DNA of 64,000 bases from Octopus sinensis (Eukaryota), in the NCBI RefSeq assembly GCF_006345805.1, contig NC_043008.1, positions 76,446,001-76,510,000 on the forward strand. The letters are read 5' to 3'. Shown one piece after another: positions 52,728 through 64,000 of this stretch; position 1 is the first letter of the stretch, and every line of letters starts with the position of its first letter. Both the position numbers and the translations under genes were made by a program. Below the pieces are notes generated by a model. The model saw nothing but the letters and a program-made list of their open reading frames with translations, had not been told where the DNA came from and did no database searches.

Positions 52728-53814
52728 CTAGCAGTATCACCCGGTGTTGCTTGGGTCTGTTTTGACCCTTTAGAATTGGAATTTTTGAAAAGTAAAAAGT
52801 TTGCATTATGCAACTTGTTGTTCTCTCCACGTGAACATTTTTCCAGTTGAAATACACCGAAAAATGGTGACACAGCAGTCAAAAATCGTAAAAATACGAA
52901 TTTTCAAAGAAAAAAAGCATCTTTTTAATGTAAATAATGTTTGGTGTTAATATGGTCCGATTTGAATTTTATCTTCTACGGAATAAAGAGCAAGCCTTCT
53001 TCTATCCTACTCTCAATTTTGGTCAACTTGCGCTGCAGGGTCAAGGAGGAGATAGTGTTAGTTGAAGGCTACCAAACCTGCCACACATAGACAACTTCAG
53101 CTTTATGCATATAGATTTGCTACACAGTACTTTCCATCCTTAATAATGAAACTTGGTAGATCCAAAAGTTAAACACACAGACACACAAGTTGAGTTTTAT
53201 AGATATAGATTTCTCAACGGGAATTTCAGGGGAGAGTTTCAGGGAGTCGCTAGCGATGTATCGTGATGATCAAAAATCCGGCCTGCTAAAATTTGGTTAA
53301 AGTGATTCAAACTGCAGACTCAACGCAAAATGGTCACATTTAATTCAAAGCGTTAAAAATGTTATGAAAACAATTGGTACGTGTTCACAAAGTCCAAACG
53401 ATTGATAGGAAAAAACCCTCCAGGCTACATCCCGAAAATTCATTTCTTTGCCAAATTTCTACAATGTTTACGGCGATTCGTTTTTATATCTTCATTTTTT
53501 TCATATTTCATGCAATTTACGCATGCTTGGACGCGTGGTGAACAGATTTCAAGTCAAACAGCTGACTGAGTAAAGTTCACTATTCAATGCATGGGATAAG
53601 ACCTAAACAAACACATTATCGATTTTAAAACTGGCGTGATGAATTTCGGAAGAGAAATAGCGCAGTTCAATTTTCATTAGCCTAAACTTTAAGTGACCCA
53701 TTTTTGGTGGTTCTACGATTTGTTGGCTAGGAGCAGATGTGCCGGGAAGTTAAACACACAGATACTCACACAGATACACACACGGACACATAAGTTGAGT
53801 TTTATATATATAGA
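52728..53814 (-). mobile_element. Composite non-autonomous Helitron
   Basis: 3' end CCCAAGCAACACCGGG hairpin..CTAG|T at 52728; three A|TCTATAT..ATAAA 5' termini ending at about 53115, 53209 and 53814. Confidence 0.75.
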
Positions 53815-53936
53815 TATATACATATATATACATAAACATGTATATATACATATATACAAACATATATATATATATATAACTGTGCGTGTATATGTGTATA
53901 TGTATATCTTTTCTACTTACATATATATATATATGT

Positions 53937-53995
<59 letters not shown>

Positions 53996-54187
53996 AGTTG
54001 TATATATATATATATGTATATATAGTACAAAGTAACATAGGGGTTATGAGGGTAACCCACTATGGATATCAATTATCCAATATACTGCTGGTGAAGCACC
54101 AAACCCAATAAATACAGAAATGCTTATAATTGCAATAAAATTACTTCATTTATTGTATTGGATGAATGAAGGATGTATATTCCAGTA

Positions 54188-54242
<55 letters not shown>

Positions 54243-54250
54243 TAATATAT

Positions 54251-54283
<33 letters not shown>

Positions 54284-54362
54284 CATACATATATAGATAG
54301 ATTAAAATGTGTGTATAATTTGTTAATATTTATATTTATATTTTTATGATTGTACTTTATAA

Positions 54363-54484
54363 TCTCTGACGAGGCCTTGAGATATATATAAGCACCTCAT
54401 TTTCAACTGCCTATTACCCAAATACATTTGACTAATATAGGCAGAATGAGATGCTTTTATCTATGGGCTGAAACAGCTGTAAGG
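54363..54484 (+). ncRNA. Putative type-I hammerhead ribozyme with long stem II
   Basis: TCT-CTGACGA (54366)-GGCC..AAGCACCTCATT..CTGCCTAT / ATAGGCAG..AATGAGATGCTT..GGGCT-GAAA (54470)-CAGCTG-TA-AGG. Confidence 0.72.
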
Positions 54485-54765
54485 AGCAGTTTATTTATAT
54501 TATTCTTATGTTATTATTAATTTGCATATTGATGTATATTGTTTTGTGCGATTAATTGATAAATAATATGAAATGGTAATATCTGTAAGTTGATGTTCGA
54601 AATGAATTTGTTCCTCCATTTTCTTATTTATATGTGTATATATATATATTTATTTATTTATACCTATAAATACATATATGTGTGTGTATGTACATCTTTT
54701 GTGTTGATGTGTATATAATATACATAGTATAATATATATATAATATATATATAATATATATATAC

Positions 54766-55045
54766 ATGGCTCAGTATTTAGAGCATCGGGCTCACAATCA
54801 TGTGGTAGTGATCTTCACGATTATAAATTATTTTATGTTGCTCCAGTTCACTCAACTGTAGAAATGAGTTGCGACATCACTGGTGGCGAACTGTATCGGC
54901 CTTTGCTTTTCCCTTGGATAACATCGGTGGAGAGGGCAGGCTAGTCTGCATAGGCGACTGCTGGTCTTCCATAAACAACTTTGCCCGGACTTGTGCTACG
55001 AAGGGGAACTTTCTAGGTGCAATCTCATGGTCATTCATGACCCAT
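54766..55045 (+). mobile_element. tRNA-derived SINE (family D-related head, different body)
   Basis: ATGGCTCAGTATTTAGAGCATCGGGCTCACAATC head; TTGCTCCAGTTCACTCAACTGTAGAAATGAG. Confidence 0.6.
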
Positions 55046-55280
55046 TACAACATACATAGAAAGACACACACACACGCGCACATACATACATACAAACGCG
55101 TATATATATATATATGGTTGTTGTATGTATATATATATAATATATATATATAATATATATATTTGTTTCTCTCGTTGTTTGCGTGTTGAACACAATTGCT
55201 GTTGTATTTCAAGCTGTTTACTGCTGGTGATGTCCTGTACCCATATATACATGTATATATATATATATAATATATATATA

Positions 55281-55343
<63 letters not shown>

Positions 55344-55388
55344 ATATATATATATATATATACATGTATATATATATATATATACATG

Positions 55389-55436
<48 letters not shown>

Positions 55437-56029
55437 GCTGGTGATGTCCTGTACCCATATATAGGACAATAACATAAAGAACAACCCTTCATCAGTTGTC
55501 AGCTGTCTATCTATTCCTCATTTCGAGCATTGAAAGAAAATATGAGTCTTCGAAGACTGTTGCTCCCATAAGTAGCAAAATACAATTTGGGATTTATAGA
55601 GGGTCAAAGTTAGGAACAAAAACAGGACAGATGAGACATAAAAGGAAACCGAACGAAAACAAACATGGGGAGTTGTTAGAGCAGAACGAGAGTAAAATAC
55701 CGAACGCTGGGGAAATACTTCCTTTGACAAGAGAATAGTTAGAAGAGAGAGATAGGATACGGCCAGTCCTTAGGAGAGTCCTGAAAGAAAGGAAAGATGA
55801 TAACGTGAGGAATAGAAAGATGGCCGATGGTCAAGTGTGAGCAACGAGAGAGAAACGGAGAAGGAGGGAGACAGAGACAGATAGAAAACGGTGAATGAGT
55901 GGAAAAAATTAGGAATTAGAGAAAGGATGAGAGAAAACAGTATAAACTAGAGTCGCATCAAAAAGATAAACTTCCTTGGAAATGGATGCGTGGCGTTCAA
56001 TCAAATAATAATATAAATAATATATATAG

Positions 56030-56865
56030 GGAGAGTTTACGAATAAAACAAAAGACAGGTGATGTACAAAACAAACAGATGTATTAGTATAATGCTTAGA
56101 AATAGAAAAAGTCTGTTACGTTTCGAGCCTACGCTCTTCTACAGAAAGGGACACAGAAAAAAAAAACGAGAGAAACAAGGAGAGTAAAAATGTGTGTAGT
56201 GCCTACGATCTATCATGGCGACTAGTGCTGGACAGAATGGTCAAACGCTTAAAAAAGTAGGGGAGATAACAAAGTAAAGATGACCCCCAACACGAAGGTA
56301 CGTGTGTGTATAAGAGAGTATGTATGTGCATGTGTGTTGTGATGTGATGTGTAATGTTGTATGGTGTAGTGTGGTGTGGCGTGATGTTGTTGGGAGGTGG
56401 GGGAGGCGAGGGTGGGGAAGTACAGGTGGGATGAGGGTTCGGCTGAGGGTTCGGCTGAGGGTTGGGACTTGTGGGTAGGCAGAGGGTTGGGATAAAGGTG
56501 GGGTAGGATGGGGTAGGATAGGGGTAGGATGGGGGTAGGATAGGGGTAGGATGGGGGTGGGAAGCATAGGGAAGGTGGAGTAGGGATGTGTATGGGGTGG
56601 GTGGGCTTATAGGGGAGGGGACGGTGGGTAAGTGAGGAGAGAAGAGAGAAAGAGAGTAAGAGAGAAGAGAGAAAGAGAGTAAGAGAGAAGAGAGAAAGAG
56701 ATTGTGAAAGAGAAGGAGAGAAGAGAGAAAGAGAATAAGAGAGGAAAGAGAGTAAGAGGGAAGAGGGAAAGAGGGGAGAGAAAGAGAAAAAGAGAGTAGG
56801 AGAGAAGGCAGAAAGAGAGAAAGTGTGTAAGAGAGAAGAGGGAAAGAGAGTAGGGGTGAAAAGAT
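56030..56865 (-). mobile_element. PLE 3' end/pLTR fragment related to 39370-41000
   Basis: CT-rich repeats then CCCATCCTACCCCACCTTTATC, similar to 40960-40995; HHR-like CTGTAGA-A-GAGC-GTAG-GCTC-GAAA-CG-TA at about 56116-56145. Confidence 0.55.
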
Positions 56866-57014
56866 GTGTGTGTGTGTGTGTGTGTGTGTGGATGTGGATG
56901 TATTTATGTATGTATATTAATTTATAAATTTATTAATATCATCTTGACCGGTTTATTACATGATATCTACCCGATAAAATCATATATAGATTTTATCCTG
57001 AATTTTAAAATATA

Positions 57015-57059
<45 letters not shown>

Positions 57060-57122
57060 ATGTTATTAGTGAATTGAAGAAATGGAGTTGAACGAAGATT
57101 GAACAGAAATCCTTTTATTGCA

Positions 57123-57201
57123 TTCTACACGTGTTTCGAAAGCCACATTTACCAAATTCCGATTGAATAAGGAGACCATATTGTGTCTTTCTCTTCAGGA
57201 A
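57123..57201 (-). ncRNA. Type-I hammerhead ribozyme (left arm)
   Basis: Mirror copy of 57384-57463. Confidence 0.75.
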
Positions 57202-57383
57202 GAAATAGGAATTCCGTTGGCAGAACAAAAACAGAACAGAGGCGCAGCAAAACAAATCGAACGAGGAGGCTCCTAAGAGCCCATAGCCAAACTGTTGGCC
57301 ATGGGCTCTTAGGAGCCTCCTCGTTCGATTTGTTTTGCTGCGCCTCTGTTCTGTTTTTGTTCTGCCAACGGAATTCCTATTTC

Positions 57384-57463
57384 TTCCTGAAGAGAAAGAC
57401 ACAATATGGTCTCCTTATTCAATCGGAATTTGGTAAATTGTGGCTTTCGAAACACGTGTAGAA
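57384..57463 (+). ncRNA. Type-I hammerhead ribozyme (right arm)
   Basis: TTC-CTGAAGA (57387)-GAAAGACACAAT / ATTGTGGCTTTC-GAAA (57449)-CACGTG-TA-GAA; GUA site after 57460; AATAAA at 57467. Confidence 0.78.
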
Positions 57464-57675
57464 TGCAATAAAAGGATTTCTGTTCAATCTTCGTTCAACT
57501 CCATTTCTTCAATTCACTAATAATATTAAAATTCAATTATCCGCACCAACGCACGGTTGCAACACCATATGGTTGTACCTCCAACCGTGCTTTCTTCTGC
57601 TGTGATTTTTGCTACCAAGGTATCGGTTAAACTTTTGATTAATCTGCAACAAGATTATTCATCTTTCTATTTCAC

Positions 57676-57765
<90 letters not shown>

Positions 57766-57984
57766 TATATATACATATATAATATATATATCATATATTT
57801 TAAAATTCAGGATAAAATCTATATATGATTTTATCGGGTAGATAGCATGTAATAAACCGGTCAAGATGATATTAATATATATATGTCTGTGTGTGTGTAC
57901 ATATATATTTGTATGTTTGTATGTATGTATATGTATATATGTATATTTGTGTATGCATGTGCGTGTTGGTATGAATGTGTGCAT

Positions 57985-58185
57985 CTTTGTGTTTGTGTTT
58001 GAAGCCGCTGGACAACCGATGTTGTTTTGCTTACGTCCCCGTAACTTAGCGGTTTGGTATATGAAACTGATAGAATAAGTATCAGACTTTAATAAGAATA
58101 AGTGCAATGCTCGACACGCTCGATTAAAACCATTCAAGATATTGCTCCAGCATTGTCGCATTCCATAGACTGAAACAAATAAAAC
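57985..58185 (+). mobile_element. SINE family B tail fragment
   Basis: GACAACCGATG..TTACGTCCCCGTAACTTAGCGG..GATAGAATAAGTA..GCTCCAGCAT..GACTGAAACAA. Confidence 0.75.
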
Positions 58186-58499
58186 ATAATCGATTCTAGA
58201 TTTGTAATTGGATGCCATTCCCTTTGGCTATATCATGTAGTTTGTTTCGTAAGACTATTGACTTTGATCTTATGTAAGTCCTAATCGTTTTACGTGTATC
58301 TAAAGTGAACTGAGTTAGGGAAATCATTAGAGCGTCGGCTAAAATGTTTTGGCCCACTGGTTTTGGCTCCCTGAGTTCAGAACCTGCAAAGATCATTTTC
58401 ACACAAAGTACGAATCCAGTACTGAATTTTTTCTTTACAATATCTACCTACATATTCTTTAAAATGTCTAACTTTTCTCTCTCTCTTTCTTTTTCTCTC

Positions 58500-58535
<36 letters not shown>

Positions 58536-59284
58536 GTAACTGTACTTCAAAGCCCAGTCTTTTCACTTCCTGTCACGCTTATTTGGCCTCAGAATCATAT
58601 CGAAGTTACGCAGGTCTGTGGAATACTCAGCCACTAACCTGTTATTTTAGATGCCATGAAGATAATTCGATTTAATTCACGTACAGATTGCACCTTGAGC
58701 CCTTCCTTTAAAAACTCTCACTTTTACAACGAAACAATTATCTTCGTTCTTGGCATTTATTTAGCAATTGACATTGCGACCTGCTTCTGTAATTATTATC
58801 TCATTGAACTAGATTTAAGTTCATAGTGTAAGTATGTATGTATGTATGTATGTATGGATGGATGGATGGATGGATGCGTATGTAAATATGTTTATGTATA
58901 CACATTTATGTGTGTAACAAGGATATGCATGTACATACGGGCTTTTAAATTCATTAATGCTACGAGTGTGTGTGTGTACATCTTTCCATTATTGTGCCAT
59001 TCATTAATTTTGCGAGAACACGGATGTGCACCGGAAAGTAGTTACTCTATTTTTGTCGACAGAACAACTTCTGGTGTGGCTATAAACCCACACACAAAGG
59101 TAAATCCCAAATGCAACCACCATTCTTTATTCCCGAGGTGTTTTACGTCACGTGAGTTATTCTCCTGCATGAAGTCTCGTCTACTTTCTTCATCTTTTTA
59201 AAACTATCTCTAGTTACAGCCTACTGTGTGATCGGTCACGTATTTACGTGTGCGCGTCTGTGCGTATGAATATATGTATATACG

Positions 59285-59315
<31 letters not shown>

Positions 59316-59431
59316 ACGTGTATATATATATGTGTATGTGTGTGTGCGCGTGTGTTTGTATGATTTTGTGAGTGTGCGTGTGTTTGTGTACTTGTGTGTG
59401 TGTGTGTGGTATGTGTGTGTGTGTGTGTGTG

Positions 59432-59463
<32 letters not shown>

Positions 59464-60499
59464 TTTCCTCTTAAATCTTAAATTTTGCGGTATCGCTACA
59501 TTTTATAAGTTTCTTACTTTGATTTCCTGTACAATGATGGATTATCTACCTAATATGTTTGTCTATCAAGTTTATTTGAACAAAGAAAATCTGCCGACTG
59601 ATTCGGCAGAAACAACGATATGATATTGTCATGTACATCTGCTTTAAAGCTATCTCTTAAAGTATAAATTTCTTTCTTCGATTTCTTTCTTTTGATTGAT
59701 TACCTATCTAATCTATTCGTCTACCTTGTTTATTTTAATATTGAAACTAACTTGCAAGATAAAAAATACTTCTTTACCGGAGACAAATATGCTAGAGTCC
59801 ATTTTACCACGTAAACACGCTCTTCTGCTTAACATAACTCTAATGATAAGAATGTTTATGGCACTTTTGCTCTTTTTCCTATATTTTTTCAGTTTTTCTT
59901 TGTTACATTTCATACACAAGGGAAACAATTACTCGAACATCGAATGTTGCTGTTGTTTAGTCTCAAGTCAGACTGTATGAATTAGATCTATGATTCCTAT
60001 CAGTCCAGTCATAACCATCACGTCTGTTTTCACAGATGATTTACTGTGCTCCTCATTTCTATATGTGCACTTAGTTTTTAATGAGGTGGTATGTGATTTG
60101 ATGGTAAATTCGAATACTATTTCCACTGGGTCAAGTAAATATGTAGACGCAAGATGCCTTTATAACAAATTGCTCTGTATATATTTGTTCTCTCTTGAGT
60201 TACACGTGCTCCCTTGTCGATTACGGCAGCAAGGAAACAGTAAAGTAGCGATTGGTCTGTTAGAAACATACAACCAACGTCCCCTCTATGTTTAGTCCCT
60301 TGTGAGTAATAAAGAAATAAGAAACATACAACCAACAAAGCTAATGGTTATTTACTGTGATAGAAAGTAAACGAGCAAATAAGGAAAAGGAAGTTTTAGT
60401 TGAAGTATGTGTGTGTGCTAATATGTGTGTACGTATGTGTGTGTGTGTGTGCTTCTGAGTTGCCCATGAAATTTATTGTTCAATATGTATTGTTGTAGT

Positions 60500-61310
60500 T
60501 AGGCAGGATTAGTCAAGCAATCCTAAACCGGTGAGTTTGATGTACCAAAAATGTAGACAAAGATTTGAACCGAAAGACTGGTGTAAATACTAGACTCTGC
60601 TTACGACTTCTAAGGATCGAACGTTCTCATGTACTGTGACCAAACTTCATAGTAAGTAAAATTGCATTCTCTGTTTCGTTTCCTAGTTGTTTTTCAAAAA
60701 TTTCGTAATCCTTTTGGAAGAAGCATGTCCATAACCCATTTTCATTTTCTCTTCCCATAAGCATCGGTGATTTCCCGTCTATAGCAATTCTCAAATGGAG
60801 TCGTCTACAGGCAGGATCTTTTAATTCCACATGAATTACATCACAAAACAAAGTACCTAATCAGACATCAAACTCTGTCCCCTCTTACAGTAAGCAGCAA
60901 GTTGTGGCTCCAGTAGATTCCATTATTGGATTTAAAAAGCTTATGAGATTACAGAAGAATGATGTCGCTCTTTTTTGCTGTTGTTGCAGCTTAGGTGTGG
61001 TCCTAAATCGGCTAATGAAAAGCATTAAACTATTAACATCTTGCCCTTTTTTTAGACATAATGTATCTAGGAAGAGTGAATCTGAGAAAAAAGAGGATAG
61101 AGAAAAGAAGGGAGACTAATAACACCATGACGTATAGTTTTTTATGGAAGTCACACCATAGACAGAAGATGGTAATCTACGGGTATGAGATATTTTTCAA
61201 CTCCTAAACACCTTCAAATCTGGCATTTGAACTTCTCCCACCACGTGAGCTGGTGGGTGGTTCTGAATGCAATAGAGGCAGTAAATATCATCCTTTCTGT
61301 TTGGGAGTCA
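60500..61310 (-). pseudogene. Decayed Gypsy gag knuckle, protease and RT N-terminus
   Basis: CLYCIQNH knuckle-like; MESTGA ~ MExDTGA; LRIAIDGKSPMLMGRE ~ LxVVxGxGPxLLGRD; YEIFEKQLG; VFTPV. Confidence 0.5.
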
Positions 61311-61724
61311 GTGGCTGCCAGCGTCAATTCTCTGTTCGAATTAATTTCATATTCAGTGTAATGATACACTTTTATAGGCTAATTAATGGCATACAAGTAA
61401 ATTTCGCTATAAATTAATAGCTAAAGAGTTATTAGTAATTAAAGTTTCACAATTTTGGTAATTTTAGCCAATAGTAAGCCACAGACACATTCATGTCTGT
61501 TTCGATAGTTGTAAGCGGAAACATGAGAACACTTTTGGTTGTTGCCATAGTAACAGTCTTTGAAAAGTCTGCGAGGAAGCACGTGTTGATAGCAATCAAA
61601 CGAGGATGGTTGACAGCAATCAACCTGAGCAGTGGGTTTTCGTAGGAACGTGTCACGAGACCGAACAGGTTTTTATGTATACATATTAAATTGTAATTAA
61701 ACATATTTAAATCGTTTTAATATT

Positions 61725-61918
61725 TTATTTGTTTCATTCCTTTTACTGTGGCCATGCTAGGGCATCGTCTTTAGGTAAAGAAATCGAGCCCAGAACTTAT
61801 TCTTTGTAATCCTAGTACTTATTCTATCGGTGTCTTATTGCCGAACCGCTGAATTACGGAGACATAAACACACCAACATCGGCTGTCAAGCGATGGTGAG
61901 AGACAAACAGGCACAAAC

Positions 61919-61991
<73 letters not shown>

Positions 61992-62140
61992 CAGATAGAT
62001 ACGACGGGCATATTTCAGTTTCCGTCTACCAAATCCACTCACAAGGCTTTAGTTGGCCCGAGGCTATAGTAGAAAACACTTGCCCAAGGTTCTACGCAGT
62101 GGGGCTGAACGCGGAACCATGTGGCTGGTAAGCAAGCTTT
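61725..62140 (-). mobile_element. SINE family B with internal (AGAT)n
   Basis: Homologous to 26135-26582; the internal repeat is (AGAT)n at 61921-62000. Confidence 0.88.
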
Positions 62141-63160
62141 GTCATCGAGCATTGAGGTGGTTGTGTGCTGAAAACAACAGCTAATTAAAATTTCGGTGGT
62201 GGGATGAATCTATTAAATTAAAGTTTATTAGCCAACATCTCGCTCAGGGATTTAAAACTAATTGTTTTTCTCTTTTAAATTAATATAAACATTTATTTAC
62301 ATGAAAGAAAATTACTGAAGAACTTTTGTGCTAAAAATAATAGCTAAATAAGATTTATTTGCGCGAAAGAAAATTACCGGAGACATAACACGTGTGTTTA
62401 CAAATAAATATTGATAACACTTGCTTTTATCAGGATATTGAAATCAAAATGCGCAGTCTCACACAAAATGTCAGCTCCTGAATATTGTTTCCTGACTAGA
62501 TGAAAATGATCAAACTTTAAACTTCTATAACTTTTTTAAAGACATTTTTCTGGAAAAAAATGAGATAACTCCAGCAATTCAGTTTGGGCAAGAGTATTAA
62601 TGTGTCGAATTTGAAAATTTTCGGTAAACTTTAATTTTTTGGTGCCGCTGAGAACCAAACAGATAAAAATCCCTTAAATGTTATGTAAGTTTTCAATGTG
62701 CTGAAAACAAATCTACTCGTTATTCGAACTTTCAACTCATGAATCCTTTTTTTCAATAAAAGGCCTAATATACCGAAATAGGGCCATAACTGTCACCCTT
62801 GCGTACAAAAATACTCCTGACATTTTTCCTTTTTGATTAATTCCTAACTTCAAGAGATTAATTCTTAAATTTAAATTTTGAAATTTCCCCCCCCTTATTT
62901 TTAGACAAGTGCTATAAATTGCCACTAAGTTTTCTCCAGTCACAAAGTGAATTCCAAGGATTTAGAAACTATTTTGTGACTGACATTTAGTACATTACCT
63001 CTCCTCTAACAGTGTTTAAACTTAACGACTTTTCTATCGAATTTCATTTTCAGATACAAATACCAAATCGACAACCTGATACCACAGAAAAATTATAATC
63101 ATGTGGTCAATATAGATATTAGTTTTCTTTATTTATAATAATAATAATAATAATAATATA

Positions 63161-63196
<36 letters not shown>

Positions 63197-63243
63197 TGAT
63201 GATGATGATGATGATGATAATGATAACAATGATAATAATAATG

Positions 63244-63792
63244 ATTAACAAATGTCCTGATGCAGGACCGGGCAGTGCCTCTCATGACTGCTCATCTTAA
63301 CTAATTGGAAGTGTCATCACAATTAGTCTTGGTATAAAAGATGGGCTACAGTAAGTATTCTGCTCAATACCAAAGATTGGCTTGTTAGTTGTTTGACCTT
63401 AACCAGTTGAGCATGATCCTTAGTGGCTGACAATATATGCATCTCTGATCACGAGCAGAAGTAGTGGGGGATCATCATAGCCATGTGTTAAGAGGAATTC
63501 TTTGGGGTTTGAATAATTCGTCTCTGGAAACATGAGTGATTCGTTCAGCATCCTTAAACAATGCTCGTTCAGGGACCTTTTGAGCGGGACGGGATCCTCG
63601 ACCAGAAGAACATTCTAACTGGGTCTCACCTGCAAGATCATGTGCTGTTTATCTTGATATAAGATTACCATGTCACACACATATGGTTGTGATGCGAGTG
63701 CCTAGTGTACCCTTATCAATCATTATGGGTATACTGAGCTTTGTATATTTTAACCCAGTGTCACTTTGATGGCATGCACTGCTCTCTCACTC
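63244..63792 (+). mobile_element. Non-autonomous (TAA)n-associated element
   Basis: Flanked by (AAT/GAT)n and (AAT)n; the 3' half matches 5571-5850 in reverse. Confidence 0.72.
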
Positions 63793-64000
63793 AATAATAA
63801 TAATAATAATAATAAGGGGACTGATAAGATATTCTCTTTAAGTCCTTATTTCTTATTTTCTATCCACCTGTTTTTATCTTTCCTTATTCTTTATACTCTA
63901 AAAATTCTCTTAATTCGCTTTCCTCCACACCATCCTCATCCCCTTTGAAAACTTACAATTATATACGCATATATACATCTCTGCTAGATCATACAGTGGA

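Larger units (their letters stand above)
57063..57523. repeat. Near-perfect 461-bp palindrome
   Basis: ~228-bp arms, 4-nt loop ACTG (57291-57294); one mismatch and one 1-nt indel seen. Confidence 0.97.
56931..57877. repeat. Outer inverted repeat (~90-bp arms: 56931-57020 / 57788-57877)
   Basis: TATTAATATCATCTTGACCGGTTTATTACATG.TATCTACCCGATAAAATC... repeated in reverse with 1 mismatch. Confidence 0.92.

Noticed and set aside
54068-54135. CTGGTGA...CAGAAATGCTTA...AATAAA
   Set aside because: Core mutated and stem II unpaired; too degenerate.
55195-55500. Minus-strand CTGATGAAGGG with a distant CTTGAAA
   Set aside because: The halves are ~280 nt apart across a TA tract, with no valid stem III or UH site.
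57115-57461. Two near-identical ORFs on opposite strands
   Set aside because: A consequence of the palindrome; no protein family resemblance.
59062-59105. Possible 37-nt micro-exon (TTTTTGTCGACAG...AAG|GTAAAT)
   Set aside because: Splice-like signals alone are common; no supporting ORF context.

Overview
Eukaryotic, very AT-rich, microsatellite-dense intergenic or intronic DNA. The SINE families and repeat landscape resemble an Octopus (coleoid cephalopod) genome; this is recognition from memory, not a search result. No confident host protein-coding gene was found, and most ORFs in the track are microsatellite artefacts or transposon remnants. Contents: many tRNA-derived SINEs (at least 4 families); R4/Dong-type REL LINEs in (TAA)n tracts, one nearly intact; Tx1/L1, Hero and RTE fragments; two mariners; a composite non-autonomous Helitron; Penelope-like element (PLE) pieces; and a very decayed Gypsy whose gag-PR-RT-RH-IN pieces are colinear but spread over about 50 kb. 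The most notable signal is a set of type-I hammerhead ribozyme (HHR) motifs in non-coding, mostly (TA)n-flanked modules, several inside fold-back palindromes. The clearest is a near-perfect 461-bp palindrome (57063-57523) with one intact-looking HHR plus AATAAA on each strand, nested in a second inverted repeat. All alignments and folds were done by eye, so coordinates of degenerate elements are approximate.
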